Virus record (IMG/VR): IMGVR_UViG_3300028887_003391
Location: 1 to 64,000 of that record
Reading direction: 5' to 3' (one strand)
Origin: a virus
Taxonomy: Duplodnaviria > Caudoviricetes
Length of the DNA stretch: 64,000 nt
The notes under the pieces were generated by a model. The model saw nothing but the letters and a program-made list of their open reading frames with translations. It was not told where the DNA came from and did no database searches. A program made the translations under genes and the position numbers. This document shows, one piece after another, positions 37,201 through 45,749 of the stretch; the first letter of the stretch is position 1, and every line of letters starts with the position of its first letter.

Positions 37201-39321
37201 GCCGGTGACCGCGACGATGGCGACAACCATGCGGGCCCTGCTGGAAGCGAGAGCGCAATCGCTTACCGCCTCCGCGTGAAGATGCCCGCAACAAACAAGG
37301 AGACGGTGCCCGATGTTTCTGGCAACCCGGTTCGCCAGGCAGCAAAGGCATACCAGCAGCTAATCGAAGACTTCTCCAAGCTCCGTCTCCGGCTGAGCTA
37401 CAATCCAGTATTCTCGTCGGAAGAAACCGCGATCGATGTCGGCATCGAACCGCAAGGCGCGTTCCCAGAAAATGGAAACTTCTTCAAACGCGACTCAAAC
37501 GTCACAAACGATTACGACACCTTCGTACTCGACGGTGTCGGCGATGACATGTGGCTCTACAAACCCAAGACAATGCCGTCACTCCTAGTCAACGCATTCT
37601 TCGACTACGAGGCAGCTTCTGCTTCCCCAGCATGGGAAGGGTTCCGTGCACCGTTCCGCGACTACATTGACAAACTGCCATACTACAAGGATGCGACACT
37701 CTATTCAATCCCAAAGGAAACCGCAGCCCCGATCGATGACGACATCGGTATGCCAGGTACTCAGTATGAGCCGTGCAACCGCAGTCTCGTGGAAGTAGTC
37801 GCCGACATGCTGACGAAGGATGACCGGATCAAAAACAAGACAATCGCCGTCATGCTTGACGACCTCCGCCGGCTTGCCGACCTGCAAACAGTTGACTACG
37901 CAGAAGACTTGCGCGAATTTGACCGCGCCGTAGGCAACTATGGGTCTGCGCAAATTTTCTGCCCATTCGTTGAAATGATTTCGCTTGATAGTGTCGAAGC
38001 ACCACGCATCTCAGTCGGCACAGCGGAAGAACTTTCGAGTGCGCAGCATGAACTTCTCCCGGCTGACGTCATCCGGCAATATGGGTGGGCTACCGGCAGC
38101 AGCACGCCGTTCATTTCCGAGTTCCAGCCGAACGAGACCGCCCATTCCGGTGCGCTCGCCGATCTAATCAAAACGTATCTCCCGTTACAGCAGTCCAAGT
38201 TCGGCCGTCGTTTCTACTCGTCCAACAGGGTTGTCGTCAACGGTAGCACCATCACCGATCCAAACGTCTATGACCGTTACAAACTGGAAGCCGAACTCTC
38301 CGCAGGCAGCGATGGCGACCGCATGAACCGGTTCGTCTGCGATAATTTTATCAAAAATCCGCAAAGTGACAATCCCGACACTTCATTCGACCCGAACGCC
38401 GACTGGTTCACAATCAATGAAAACCAGGTAATCGCTTCACTGTCAAGTGCCCCGTATATGTGGGTCAACTACAATGACGAAGACCTGAAACCAGAGTTCA
38501 AGAACCAGGCGACATACACCCGTGTCTATATGAGCTTTACGTTCTCCGCTAAGCTCGGGCGCTGGCTCACGACTGGCTACCGTCAATACCCGTCCACCTA
38601 CCTCACCCCACTCTACGGCAACCGGGCGCTCTCGGAAAAGCTCCCGACCGCGGAAGGCGAGCACGAAATCTGGGCAAATTCCGCATGCGACAACATTTCA
38701 AACTCATACAAGGGTCTTGAATTTGTCCCATACGGCATGATTTCCCCGATGGACATTCATGTCTCCTGCATCCCGGCTCTTTACAAAGATAACCCGTTCC
38801 TCGATACGGGCGTCCTCAACCCGGACCTCGCTAACGACGTGGACAAGGAGGCGTCATCCGGCCCGAAGGCTACCCTCATGGCCAGGCTGCGCAAGCCGTA
38901 TGCGTCGGTCAAGGAAGGTGGCATTGGCCTGAACATCCCGTGCAATGTGAACGGCGAACACAATGACGTTATTGAGAAATCTAATTATTCAAAGGTCGAA
39001 CATGCGAACATCTGGAGTGTCCGCAAGTATATCCGTCCGGCAACCGGCGCCCTCGGAAGGAAGGGCGTAATCGACATACCGGGTCTCGAAGGATATGACG
39101 ACGGCAGCATCGGCAGTCCAGGCCTCTACAACATGTTCGACTGGCCGGCACGCAACGTCACTCGCTACGCGCTTCCCGACCAGCACTCGCCGACAGACGA
39201 CCGCACGTCCCCGACGCTCATGTGGGCGCTGCCCGGAGGAGAAACCGGAGGCCGCCTGATGGCACGCACCGGAGGCGAGGACCACCCGATCGGGCACGTC
39301 ACCCCGTCCATGTTGGAATAA
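34213..39321 (+). CDS. very large acidic virion protein (about 1700 aa; baseplate/tail candidate)
   Basis: Long ORF, D/T/P-rich composition, class L promoter, terminator downstream. Confidence 0.7.
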   Translation: MASIDLWIGGNATFEDLPKAGDAVLRSGTDTDVSVAWPSDRLPMGSVQPYYVCMTFRRRTTGSIGSRKAALKFAAMPESIDDGKFLKFNFAIAAHSNGTLLDRPFTVNVSIDGTYRKEPFTVNPQQSVTITLPVDDMGATAEGIFFDIIDVPDTVELYAVANGFQIVDAAEDTVTTDFNAETWLGHYISGFKSEYDAESDRIASYVNWPQSDIIVKDNGNIEISPIGFPEVNQSGVPNEPTCSDDYDRANNPPFVKQSYGVKYENTQADIVFRQTVRYSDGKFRIPVESIDKVDDKLMFTLLGDFSATAPAIDRLTPVAAPGSDIEGTALQVTVAEVEQVAYDATTDTTTFLIDIPAGCTVTHVGRDTVDVEIGVGDDTVVSLTAQNTGNGVYSLTKDADTDTYSFIRISDMPQDIIDGTMQDQYVEIDDMSNPEHNPFADPRVDDNVWACNGVKNIPHFRKGYSDKEVFGFVQDSTEGISKNAYSTERDAGAFVNWFLYPGSTPFTNAKGSVVNIENFGLGGYYTGETGAAVTAEMDDGTPAYEQEPSHPVIHWGYGSNSDAKVDMTNEPALPRDWPFTGASKYDPSDNPKGVFSDVKSNNSITLLREGAHIPGDAYPVGNLDYEEDDGEGNIDRYECNRHVVTIYNELKPKDDNAPIIVKPTFIHIPAPLSTKDGDTCEIEVALENLSFEQAFRRGNVQDLSGYYALITQPRVYVCGGFQEFSTTRYPITDLNIGSGSFTFKTTEAIRDLNGEPIVHNPDKEGDHDSVTGVSLPVRIHLTNSAMEPAEAWVDGIATAETYPSDEDPAPTTITVNGDFPWSVSDRRFDIGNVAVCGVVFVRLNQEVDCNNPSTLNTGIRTRTPELLADDAGNGEEGTLQQYNRLFSLSDDSTDTTRTHFPGGDKRYLLATVFQGATNTFQWKLSGRKRLNSIAEAMTMWADEGTDSITDRAWRANYDLIHHPANPGDFDDFSRITHKDGVLAFGVDDVPLTYAAGAGDRDDGDNHAGPAGSESAIAYRLRVKMPATNKETVPDVSGNPVRQAAKAYQQLIEDFSKLRLRLSYNPVFSSEETAIDVGIEPQGAFPENGNFFKRDSNVTNDYDTFVLDGVGDDMWLYKPKTMPSLLVNAFFDYEAASASPAWEGFRAPFRDYIDKLPYYKDATLYSIPKETAAPIDDDIGMPGTQYEPCNRSLVEVVADMLTKDDRIKNKTIAVMLDDLRRLADLQTVDYAEDLREFDRAVGNYGSAQIFCPFVEMISLDSVEAPRISVGTAEELSSAQHELLPADVIRQYGWATGSSTPFISEFQPNETAHSGALADLIKTYLPLQQSKFGRRFYSSNRVVVNGSTITDPNVYDRYKLEAELSAGSDGDRMNRFVCDNFIKNPQSDNPDTSFDPNADWFTINENQVIASLSSAPYMWVNYNDEDLKPEFKNQATYTRVYMSFTFSAKLGRWLTTGYRQYPSTYLTPLYGNRALSEKLPTAEGEHEIWANSACDNISNSYKGLEFVPYGMISPMDIHVSCIPALYKDNPFLDTGVLNPDLANDVDKEASSGPKATLMARLRKPYASVKEGGIGLNIPCNVNGEHNDVIEKSNYSKVEHANIWSVRKYIRPATGALGRKGVIDIPGLEGYDDGSIGSPGLYNMFDWPARNVTRYALPDQHSPTDDRTSPTLMWALPGGETGGRLMARTGGEDHPIGHVTPSMLE

Positions 39322-39327
39322 GAAAAT

Positions 39328-39357
39328 GGCGTCCGCGACCGCGGGCGCCTTTCCTTT
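39328..39357 (+). terminator. intrinsic terminator
   Basis: GGCGTCCGC/GCGGGCGCC stem plus T-rich tail. Confidence 0.6.
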
Positions 39358-39404
39358 CTGCACCAAATTATCCTAAACTTTTCTTGAACAGCCGAGCGGT
39401 GATT

Positions 39405-39797
39405 ATGAGCGCTGCATGCAAGAAGCCATTCAAACGGAAACGTTTCAGCAAGCCACAGCAGATGAAGACCAAGTTCCGGTCGTCTGCCCGGTGGACCAAG
39501 TTCCGCAAGAAACTCAAGGCGATGCAGGTCCTTGACCCCGTCACCGGGGCAGAACTCGACAGCAAATACACTGTGCATCACCTGGACATGGATGAGCTCA
39601 ACTACTGCAACCTCGACCACCCGGAAAACTTCATCTGCCTCAACGAGACATCGCACTCGATGGTGCACTTTCTCCGGGACTCCGCGCGCGGCTGGCGCTA
39701 TGCAATCATGGCCCTCATCAAGATAATGAAGCACATGGACCGCATAGCCGCACAGAAGCAGGCCAAGGAGCTCGCGAAGGAACGGGCGGTAGCCTAA
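39405..39797 (+). CDS. HNH endonuclease
   Basis: VHHLD...ENFICLN..SH..VH; basic N-terminus FRSSARWTKFR. Confidence 0.75.
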   Translation: MSAACKKPFKRKRFSKPQQMKTKFRSSARWTKFRKKLKAMQVLDPVTGAELDSKYTVHHLDMDELNYCNLDHPENFICLNETSHSMVHFLRDSARGWRYAIMALIKIMKHMDRIAAQKQAKELAKERAVA

Positions 39798-40564
39798 ACC
39801 TTCTTACGGTTTTGACAATGGGCGCGGTAGGTTTCTGACGCGTTCATTGCAATCTTCTGCCAGTCCCCGCTTTTCAGCAATTCCCGGCACGTCGGCCCAA
39901 TTTCGTGATAGCCGCACTCGACGATGGACTTCCCGAATTCGTTGAACGGGCTGCGCTCCGACACGACACAGCATCCGCCCGAAACTGCACGGAACAGCCT
40001 GACCTGCTCCTGGCAATGGTAGTTCTCGTTGGCATGGATATTCAAGAAAATCTTGGATCTGGAAATGAGCTCGTCCAGCATCAAGCCCGAGACCCCGGTC
40101 CCCAGAATCGTAGTGAACCGATACTGGAAGCGCGACATCATCAGCTGCAACATCTGCAGACGGTAGGTTGACGGGAAGCCGACAAACAGGATGTCGATGT
40201 CCCTCTCCTCCGGGCGCCTCATGTTCACCTGCGTGCGGTCGGTAAACGAAAGCGGTACGTATTTCGGGTGGAAGCCATACTTCTCCATGTATGCCTTGTT
40301 GCCAAGGTCGAACTCCCACACCTCGTCTGCCTTCTTGAGCCAGTCTCCGCACCTGCCGTTAATCACGGGGGACCCGTCATAAAGCTGTTCAAGCTGGTAA
40401 ACCACTATCTTCTTTCCCGGATTGTCCGCACGGACATGCTCGATGGTGCAGCCTGCCGGTGCCGCATGGTAGCCCAGAACGACCACAATATCATCCTTCA
40501 CCCACGTTTCAAGCCACCTGGCCACGTCGTGAAACACGATCTTATTGAAAATGACACACTTCAT
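39794..40564 (-). CDS. glycosyltransferase, GT-B-like (CgeB/Glyco_trans_1_2 type)
   Basis: DIDILFVG, RSKIFLNIH, EQVRL..AVSGGCCVVSE. Confidence 0.7.
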   Translation of the reverse strand: MKCVIFNKIVFHDVARWLETWVKDDIVVVLGYHAAPAGCTIEHVRADNPGKKIVVYQLEQLYDGSPVINGRCGDWLKKADEVWEFDLGNKAYMEKYGFHPKYVPLSFTDRTQVNMRRPEERDIDILFVGFPSTYRLQMLQLMMSRFQYRFTTILGTGVSGLMLDELISRSKIFLNIHANENYHCQEQVRLFRAVSGGCCVVSERSPFNEFGKSIVECGYHEIGPTCRELLKSGDWQKIAMNASETYRAHCQNRKKV

Positions 40565-40570
40565 GTCCAT

Positions 40571-40605
40571 AAATATAGAAATTTTCCGGCCCAACCTATA
40601 AACTA
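40571..40605. promoter_or_regulatory. back-to-back class E variant (minus) and class L (plus, 40597-40605)
   Basis: TTTCTATATTT and TATAAACTA with same spacing as the other pairs. Confidence 0.7.
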
Positions 40606-40635
40606 TTGGTCAAAACACTACATCCGAGGACTAAA

Positions 40636-41637
40636 ATGGATACAAGGAATTTCTTCGCCGGAATGGGCAAGCTCCAGGCTCTTACGCAAAACCCGGCCGA
40701 CAAGCAGAAGCTCGAAGCAATCGCCGGCATCGTTGGCGGCGCATTGTTCGAGGGAGTTCAGCCGAAGACCGGTGCCGGCAAGTTCATGAACTATCTCGGC
40801 ATGTGCGAAAGCCAGGCCAAGACACCGCAAGATGTCGCATCAATCAACCTCGTCCGCGGAAGGGTGTTGATCGAAGCAGCGACCGAAGGTGACGGCGGAG
40901 AAGGCCGCACCGACGTGAACGAAATCATCAAGAAGCCGGTCGAGCAGATTGTCGCGATCCTCAACGCCAACAAGGACAACGCGAAGCTCATCATCAACAC
41001 CGCGTTCAAGGACTACCAGGCCGGCGTAAAGCAGGCTGCTGCCGACGCAAAGAAGGCCGAAAAGGAACAGAAGGTAGCCGCGCAGAACGAAGCCGACCAG
41101 AAGACCATCGACGCCAACAAGTCCCGCACCGACAAGGTGAAGGACATCAAGGAACGCCAGGCCACCGAAGCCAAGCCGGCAGTTGACGAAAACAAGATCA
41201 AGGCCGACGCTGTCGCCGAAATCACCGAAAAGTACAAGAAGGCACGCCCGGAACTCTTCGGCGAAGACGGCAAGCCGAAGGACGAAAGCACAGCCAAGGT
41301 CATCGAAGACCGCGCATCCCAGTTGGCTGCCAAGAAGATCAAGGAAGCCGGAAGCAACAAGCCCGAAGTTGACGAAGACATCGCCGCCCTCGACAAGGCC
41401 GAAATCGCCAAGAACACTGTCGGCATCAAGGACCGTGCAAAGTCCCTCGCTGCCCATACCCGCCAGGCCCTCCGCCAGAACAAGGGTCTCGGTGGCAAGC
41501 TCGCAGGCGTGTTCCGCGGTGCAAAGCAGGCTCTCCTGGGTGAAGGCATCGACCAGGAAACCGTCGCCAAGCTCAGCGGCCCGGAAGCCATTGCCCTCTG
41601 CGAAGCCGCAGGCATCAAGGTCCCGGCGCTCATCTAA
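40636..41637 (+). CDS. Lys/Ala-rich coiled-coil late protein with leader modules (candidate core/internal head protein)
   Basis: ALFEG, VLIEA, LLGEG and ALCEA motifs; GAGGA RBS. Confidence 0.7.
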   Translation: MDTRNFFAGMGKLQALTQNPADKQKLEAIAGIVGGALFEGVQPKTGAGKFMNYLGMCESQAKTPQDVASINLVRGRVLIEAATEGDGGEGRTDVNEIIKKPVEQIVAILNANKDNAKLIINTAFKDYQAGVKQAAADAKKAEKEQKVAAQNEADQKTIDANKSRTDKVKDIKERQATEAKPAVDENKIKADAVAEITEKYKKARPELFGEDGKPKDESTAKVIEDRASQLAAKKIKEAGSNKPEVDEDIAALDKAEIAKNTVGIKDRAKSLAAHTRQALRQNKGLGGKLAGVFRGAKQALLGEGIDQETVAKLSGPEAIALCEAAGIKVPALI

Positions 41638-41657
41638 CAGGACAATTCCCACTTACG

Positions 41658-41686
41658 AAGCCGACCGAAACACGGTCGGCTTTTTC
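41658..41686 (+). terminator. intrinsic terminator
   Basis: AAGCCGACCG-AAACA-CGGTCGGCTT followed by T-tract. Confidence 0.85.
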
Positions 41687-41706
41687 GTTTGCCCCGGAGC
41701 CCGGAC

Positions 41707-41715
41707 TATAAACTA
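41707..41715 (+). promoter_or_regulatory. class L promoter TATAAACTA
   Basis: Exact motif heading the fibre operon. Confidence 0.75.
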
Positions 41716-41750
41716 TGGACGAAACTTTTATTGGCTAGGCAGATACCCGT

Positions 41751-44700
41751 ATGGCAGAGAAACAAGTCCGAATCAAAGATTTACCGCCTTGGAGGGCCGG
41801 GTATGTACCGGGCGCCTATGTGGCCCTGGACAGCCAAATGCAGATTACCGGTAAGGTCACTCTCGACGAGTTCCGCTCATGGATGGGCGGTGGTGGGGGT
41901 GTTGACCCGTCCGAACTGAACAAGAAGGCCGACAAGGTCGGAACTGGCCACAACGGCAAGATGGCGATGTTTGACGCCTACGGCAACCTCGCGGACTCCG
42001 GCATCAACAAGTCCGGTGTCCAGACTGCCGTAAGCTGGGCCCACCAGCACGGAAACCAGAACATCCTTAGCCAAATCACGGCTCCATATCGGACGAACGA
42101 CGCACAGAAACTCAACGGCATCGAAGATGGCGCAAACAAGTATGTCCACCCGACAGCAGATCCGTTCGGTCTCGGCCTTTACAAGGTGGCCCGTGACAAC
42201 AAGGGGCACATTTCCGCGTATGAAGCCGTTACTGCGGCGGACCTCGATGCAATCCCCGGTGTAGAAATCACCGACACTACCTACGAAGCAGCCGACGGCA
42301 TAAAGCTGGACACATCCGGCAACAAGAACACCTTCAAGCACACGAACCACGTTTCCCCGGGTCAGACCGGCACGGGAACGGCCACCGAAGGTCCCACAGT
42401 CGAAGTTCCCTATGTCAAGTATGACGACAACGGCCACATTACCGAAGCCGGGACGCGCACCCATACGGTGACAGGAACCCTCCCGACATCGCAGGCAGCA
42501 GACAACATCCTCTCCGCAGACGAGAACAACAACGTCTCCTGGCAACAGATTGTCGCACATGTGTTCGGCGAAGCGCCGGACGCGGTATCGCTCTGGCTCT
42601 CCTACAAGGGCAAGGAATTTGCCGCACGCCGCGCATACGGCGACGAAAGCGGACGCAACATCAAGGAAGCTATCGACGACCGCCCGACACTGGACGCGAT
42701 GAACACGGCAATCGAACTTGCCCTCGCGAACTACGGCGGGTTCAAGATTGTCTCCCTCACCAGCACCGAACCGAAGGTTCCCGATGTCCAGGAACCGTCC
42801 CCGCGCTTCATCTACCTTACAAAGGATTCCCAGTCCACAAAGAAGGACAAATACACGGAATGGATCTGGTCCATCCCGGATGGCAGCGCACAGGGTTCAT
42901 GGGAAGTCATCGGCGAGACATCCGTTGACCTTTCCAACTACATCCAGAAGCTCACCAACGCGACTACCGGCAACCTCGTGAAGGTCAAGGCAGACGGCTC
43001 CCTCGAAGATGCCGGCGCAAAGGTAAGCGACTTCGCCACCGCGGCGCAGGGCGCAAAGGCCGACACCGCGGTCCAGGATGTCAGGGTAAACAACCAGACG
43101 GTCGTTGGCAACGACAAGATAGCAAACATCACAGTCCCGGTCGCCGGAAACAGCGCACCGCTAATGAACGGCGTTTCCTCCGTAGGCACATCCTCCGCGT
43201 TCTCGCGCGAGGACCACGTCCACCCGTCCGACACTACCAAGCAGAACAACCTCCCGACATCCGGGACCCCGTCCGACACATACGCAATCAACATTACCGG
43301 TTCCGCACAGACGGCAGAGAACGTCCATGACGGCACGCTCTCCATCCAGGTAGGAACCGCTGCGGCGCAGACCTTCTCCGCCAACCAGGCCGACAACGAC
43401 CCGGTGAGCGTCAGTGTCCCGATGGGCAAGAGCACCAACGGCGGGGCGACCACATACCAGGAAGGCCTCATCGCGCCAGCCGACTACCAGAAGCTCGACA
43501 ATCTCCAGGTCAACGACGGCAAGCTGAAAGTCAAGCTCGGTAGCGCCCAGTCGGCATCCAACCTTTTCAGCGCCAACCAGAGTTCCGACGCAACGCTCGA
43601 AGTACCGCTCGCCTCCCATGTGACCGAGAACGACTCGACCACATATACGGAAGGCCTCATGACCGGCGAGGACAAGGAAAAGCTCGACGAGTTGAAGAAC
43701 TTCTCCAAGGTCACCGTCGATACGGACGGAACCCCGGCGGGCGAAGTTGACATCGAGCCGTCCGACGAAAAGTCCACGCTCCGCCTGAAAGCAGGCAACA
43801 ACGTCGTCCTTACCGCGGACCCGAACACGAACGAGGTGGAAATCTCGGCACAGGGCGGCTCCCAGGCAGTCCCGGTCTCCGTCAGCGCAGGCCGCGGCGT
43901 TTCCGTGACCGAATACACCGACTACACCGGCGCAAAGGACTTCGAAGTTTCTCTGGACCATGCAATCGGCTATCTCGGGGGTGACGCCGGCGTCATCAAC
44001 GTCTCCGCCTCCCCGACCAACCTCATCACCAGTTCGATGGTGATAAAGCTGGATTCCGCCAACGACAGGTTCCTGTTTGCCGAAGATCCGAACACCCACC
44101 AGATGTGCGTGTTCGCCCTCAAGACCATCCCGAACTCCGACCCGCAGCTGAACGACGGCGTTGACGGCGTTGACCTCTTCGAGCTCACCTATGATGTCCG
44201 CCTTGAACGTACACGGAGCACGGGCTTCTACGGGTTCGGCGACATTTCCGTCCAGCGCGTCCTCTCCGGCAGCTCCAACGAAGGGCTGGAACTTCACCAC
44301 ATGTCATACCCGGCGGAAGTCAGCATGTGCTCGCTTACGGGCACAGTTACCATCTCCAACAACTCCGGTAAGGACTTCACCATCAACGGCAAGGTGTACC
44401 ATGCCTACATGCTCACCTATGCCGGCGACGTCTCGGCCACGGGCGACGTCATCCTTCTGTTCCCGCGCATCGCGGTGAAGGAATACATGTCCGGCACCGC
44501 AGAATACGACAGCTCCCAGAGCACCCAGTACAACAGCGGTATCGCCACGACGGTCGATGCAAGCAACCACAACATCAACGTGAACATTGGCAAGGGTCTT
44601 GAAGCCGACGGCAACAACAACCTCCAAGTCAAGGTGAAGGCTGGCGGTGGCATCATCATCGACCCGACTGACGGCGTGTCAGTCGTCCTTGCAGGAACCG

Positions 44701-45398
44701 CGCAGGAAGCGGTCGAAATCGCCAAGGAAACCCAGGCGACCATCGACGAACGAATCATCACCAACATGTCGTTCTCGGAAATCCACAATTCCTACGACCT
44801 CGGCGGTTCCAATCTGGCATGGCACGGAAACGGCGTGTTCTTCGGAACGCTGTTCACGCCGGTCATGACGCAGGAAATCAAGGCAGGCGCCAAGATGGGG
44901 TTCTATCTCCGTCAGCCCGGATCGGCAGGTCAGTTCGCACTCGCCATCTACGAGTTCGACCTGGACAGCCCGAACGGCATCACGCTCGTTTGCCACACCA
45001 ATTTCCACAACTGCAGCGACTTCGCGCAATCAAGCGCATCGGTGTCCGCCTTCCGCGAACTCACCATACCGTCGGGCAATATCAGCGAAACGCACAACAA
45101 GCTGTATTCCGACAAGCTCTACTACACCGCGCTCATCTGCAAGAAGGACTCTGGCGGAAATACCCCGGCAATGAACGGTCTTTACGGCTGTGGCGGCTAC
45201 AATATGCAGTGCAACGGCGTTCCGCGTCTTACACTTCATAGGCCGAACCTGGAAAACATGACAGGCGGCAGCATCAACAACCTTACCGACGCGACATTCG
45301 CGCAGTATCTCGGGACATTGAGCTCCACCGAGGGCAGCGAGGACATCGACACGGCCCGTATCTTCATGTCCATCCGCAACATCCACACATCAACCTAA
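41751..45398 (+). CDS. long tail fibre protein
   Basis: KLNGIE.GANKYVHP, D..GHI, SREDHVHP, ATAAQGAKADTA; tandem DG.L...FSANQ...GL....D..KLD repeats. Confidence 0.8.
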   Translation: MAEKQVRIKDLPPWRAGYVPGAYVALDSQMQITGKVTLDEFRSWMGGGGGVDPSELNKKADKVGTGHNGKMAMFDAYGNLADSGINKSGVQTAVSWAHQHGNQNILSQITAPYRTNDAQKLNGIEDGANKYVHPTADPFGLGLYKVARDNKGHISAYEAVTAADLDAIPGVEITDTTYEAADGIKLDTSGNKNTFKHTNHVSPGQTGTGTATEGPTVEVPYVKYDDNGHITEAGTRTHTVTGTLPTSQAADNILSADENNNVSWQQIVAHVFGEAPDAVSLWLSYKGKEFAARRAYGDESGRNIKEAIDDRPTLDAMNTAIELALANYGGFKIVSLTSTEPKVPDVQEPSPRFIYLTKDSQSTKKDKYTEWIWSIPDGSAQGSWEVIGETSVDLSNYIQKLTNATTGNLVKVKADGSLEDAGAKVSDFATAAQGAKADTAVQDVRVNNQTVVGNDKIANITVPVAGNSAPLMNGVSSVGTSSAFSREDHVHPSDTTKQNNLPTSGTPSDTYAINITGSAQTAENVHDGTLSIQVGTAAAQTFSANQADNDPVSVSVPMGKSTNGGATTYQEGLIAPADYQKLDNLQVNDGKLKVKLGSAQSASNLFSANQSSDATLEVPLASHVTENDSTTYTEGLMTGEDKEKLDELKNFSKVTVDTDGTPAGEVDIEPSDEKSTLRLKAGNNVVLTADPNTNEVEISAQGGSQAVPVSVSAGRGVSVTEYTDYTGAKDFEVSLDHAIGYLGGDAGVINVSASPTNLITSSMVIKLDSANDRFLFAEDPNTHQMCVFALKTIPNSDPQLNDGVDGVDLFELTYDVRLERTRSTGFYGFGDISVQRVLSGSSNEGLELHHMSYPAEVSMCSLTGTVTISNNSGKDFTINGKVYHAYMLTYAGDVSATGDVILLFPRIAVKEYMSGTAEYDSSQSTQYNSGIATTVDASNHNINVNIGKGLEADGNNNLQVKVKAGGGIIIDPTDGVSVVLAGTAQEAVEIAKETQATIDERIITNMSFSEIHNSYDLGGSNLAWHGNGVFFGTLFTPVMTQEIKAGAKMGFYLRQPGSAGQFALAIYEFDLDSPNGITLVCHTNFHNCSDFAQSSASVSAFRELTIPSGNISETHNKLYSDKLYYTALICKKDSGGNTPAMNGLYGCGGYNMQCNGVPRLTLHRPNLENMTGGSINNLTDATFAQYLGTLSSTEGSEDIDTARIFMSIRNIHTST

Positions 45399-45407
45399 CG
45401 AGGAACC

Positions 45408-45749
45408 ATGCTTACTACTTACAACAGACAGGAACTCATGCAGAACCAGTCCGGCCCCAACGGCACGGTCCTCTACGAAAGCCACGGAAAGACCGGACTG
45501 GAATGGAACCAGTATATCGGCCAAGTCATCATCAACGACTTCATCAAGCAGCTCCCGCAGTATGAAGGTCTCGACTTCGACCCATACATCAAGGACGTAG
45601 TCCCCTACATCCAGCTCGGGCTGTTCGATTCTGCCATCGCTAAAATCAACCAGATTTCAATTTCGGGCCTGGAAAAAATCCAGGAATGGCTGTTAAAGTC
45701 CCTCCAAGAAGGAGAAGACCGCCAACTTCCCAGTAAGGAGGAAGCATAA
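45408..45749 (+). CDS. small fibre-associated protein (chaperone candidate)
   Basis: Follows fibre gene; resembles part of the 48599 protein. Confidence 0.6.
   Translation: MLTTYNRQELMQNQSGPNGTVLYESHGKTGLEWNQYIGQVIINDFIKQLPQYEGLDFDPYIKDVVPYIQLGLFDSAIAKINQISISGLEKIQEWLLKSLQEGEDRQLPSKEEA

Noticed and set aside
41715-41738. Mini-ORFs starting at the ATG of TATAAACTATG (MDETFIG here; MEQNTSPSR at 21735)
   Set aside because: The ATG overlaps the promoter motif and would lie upstream of the expected start site
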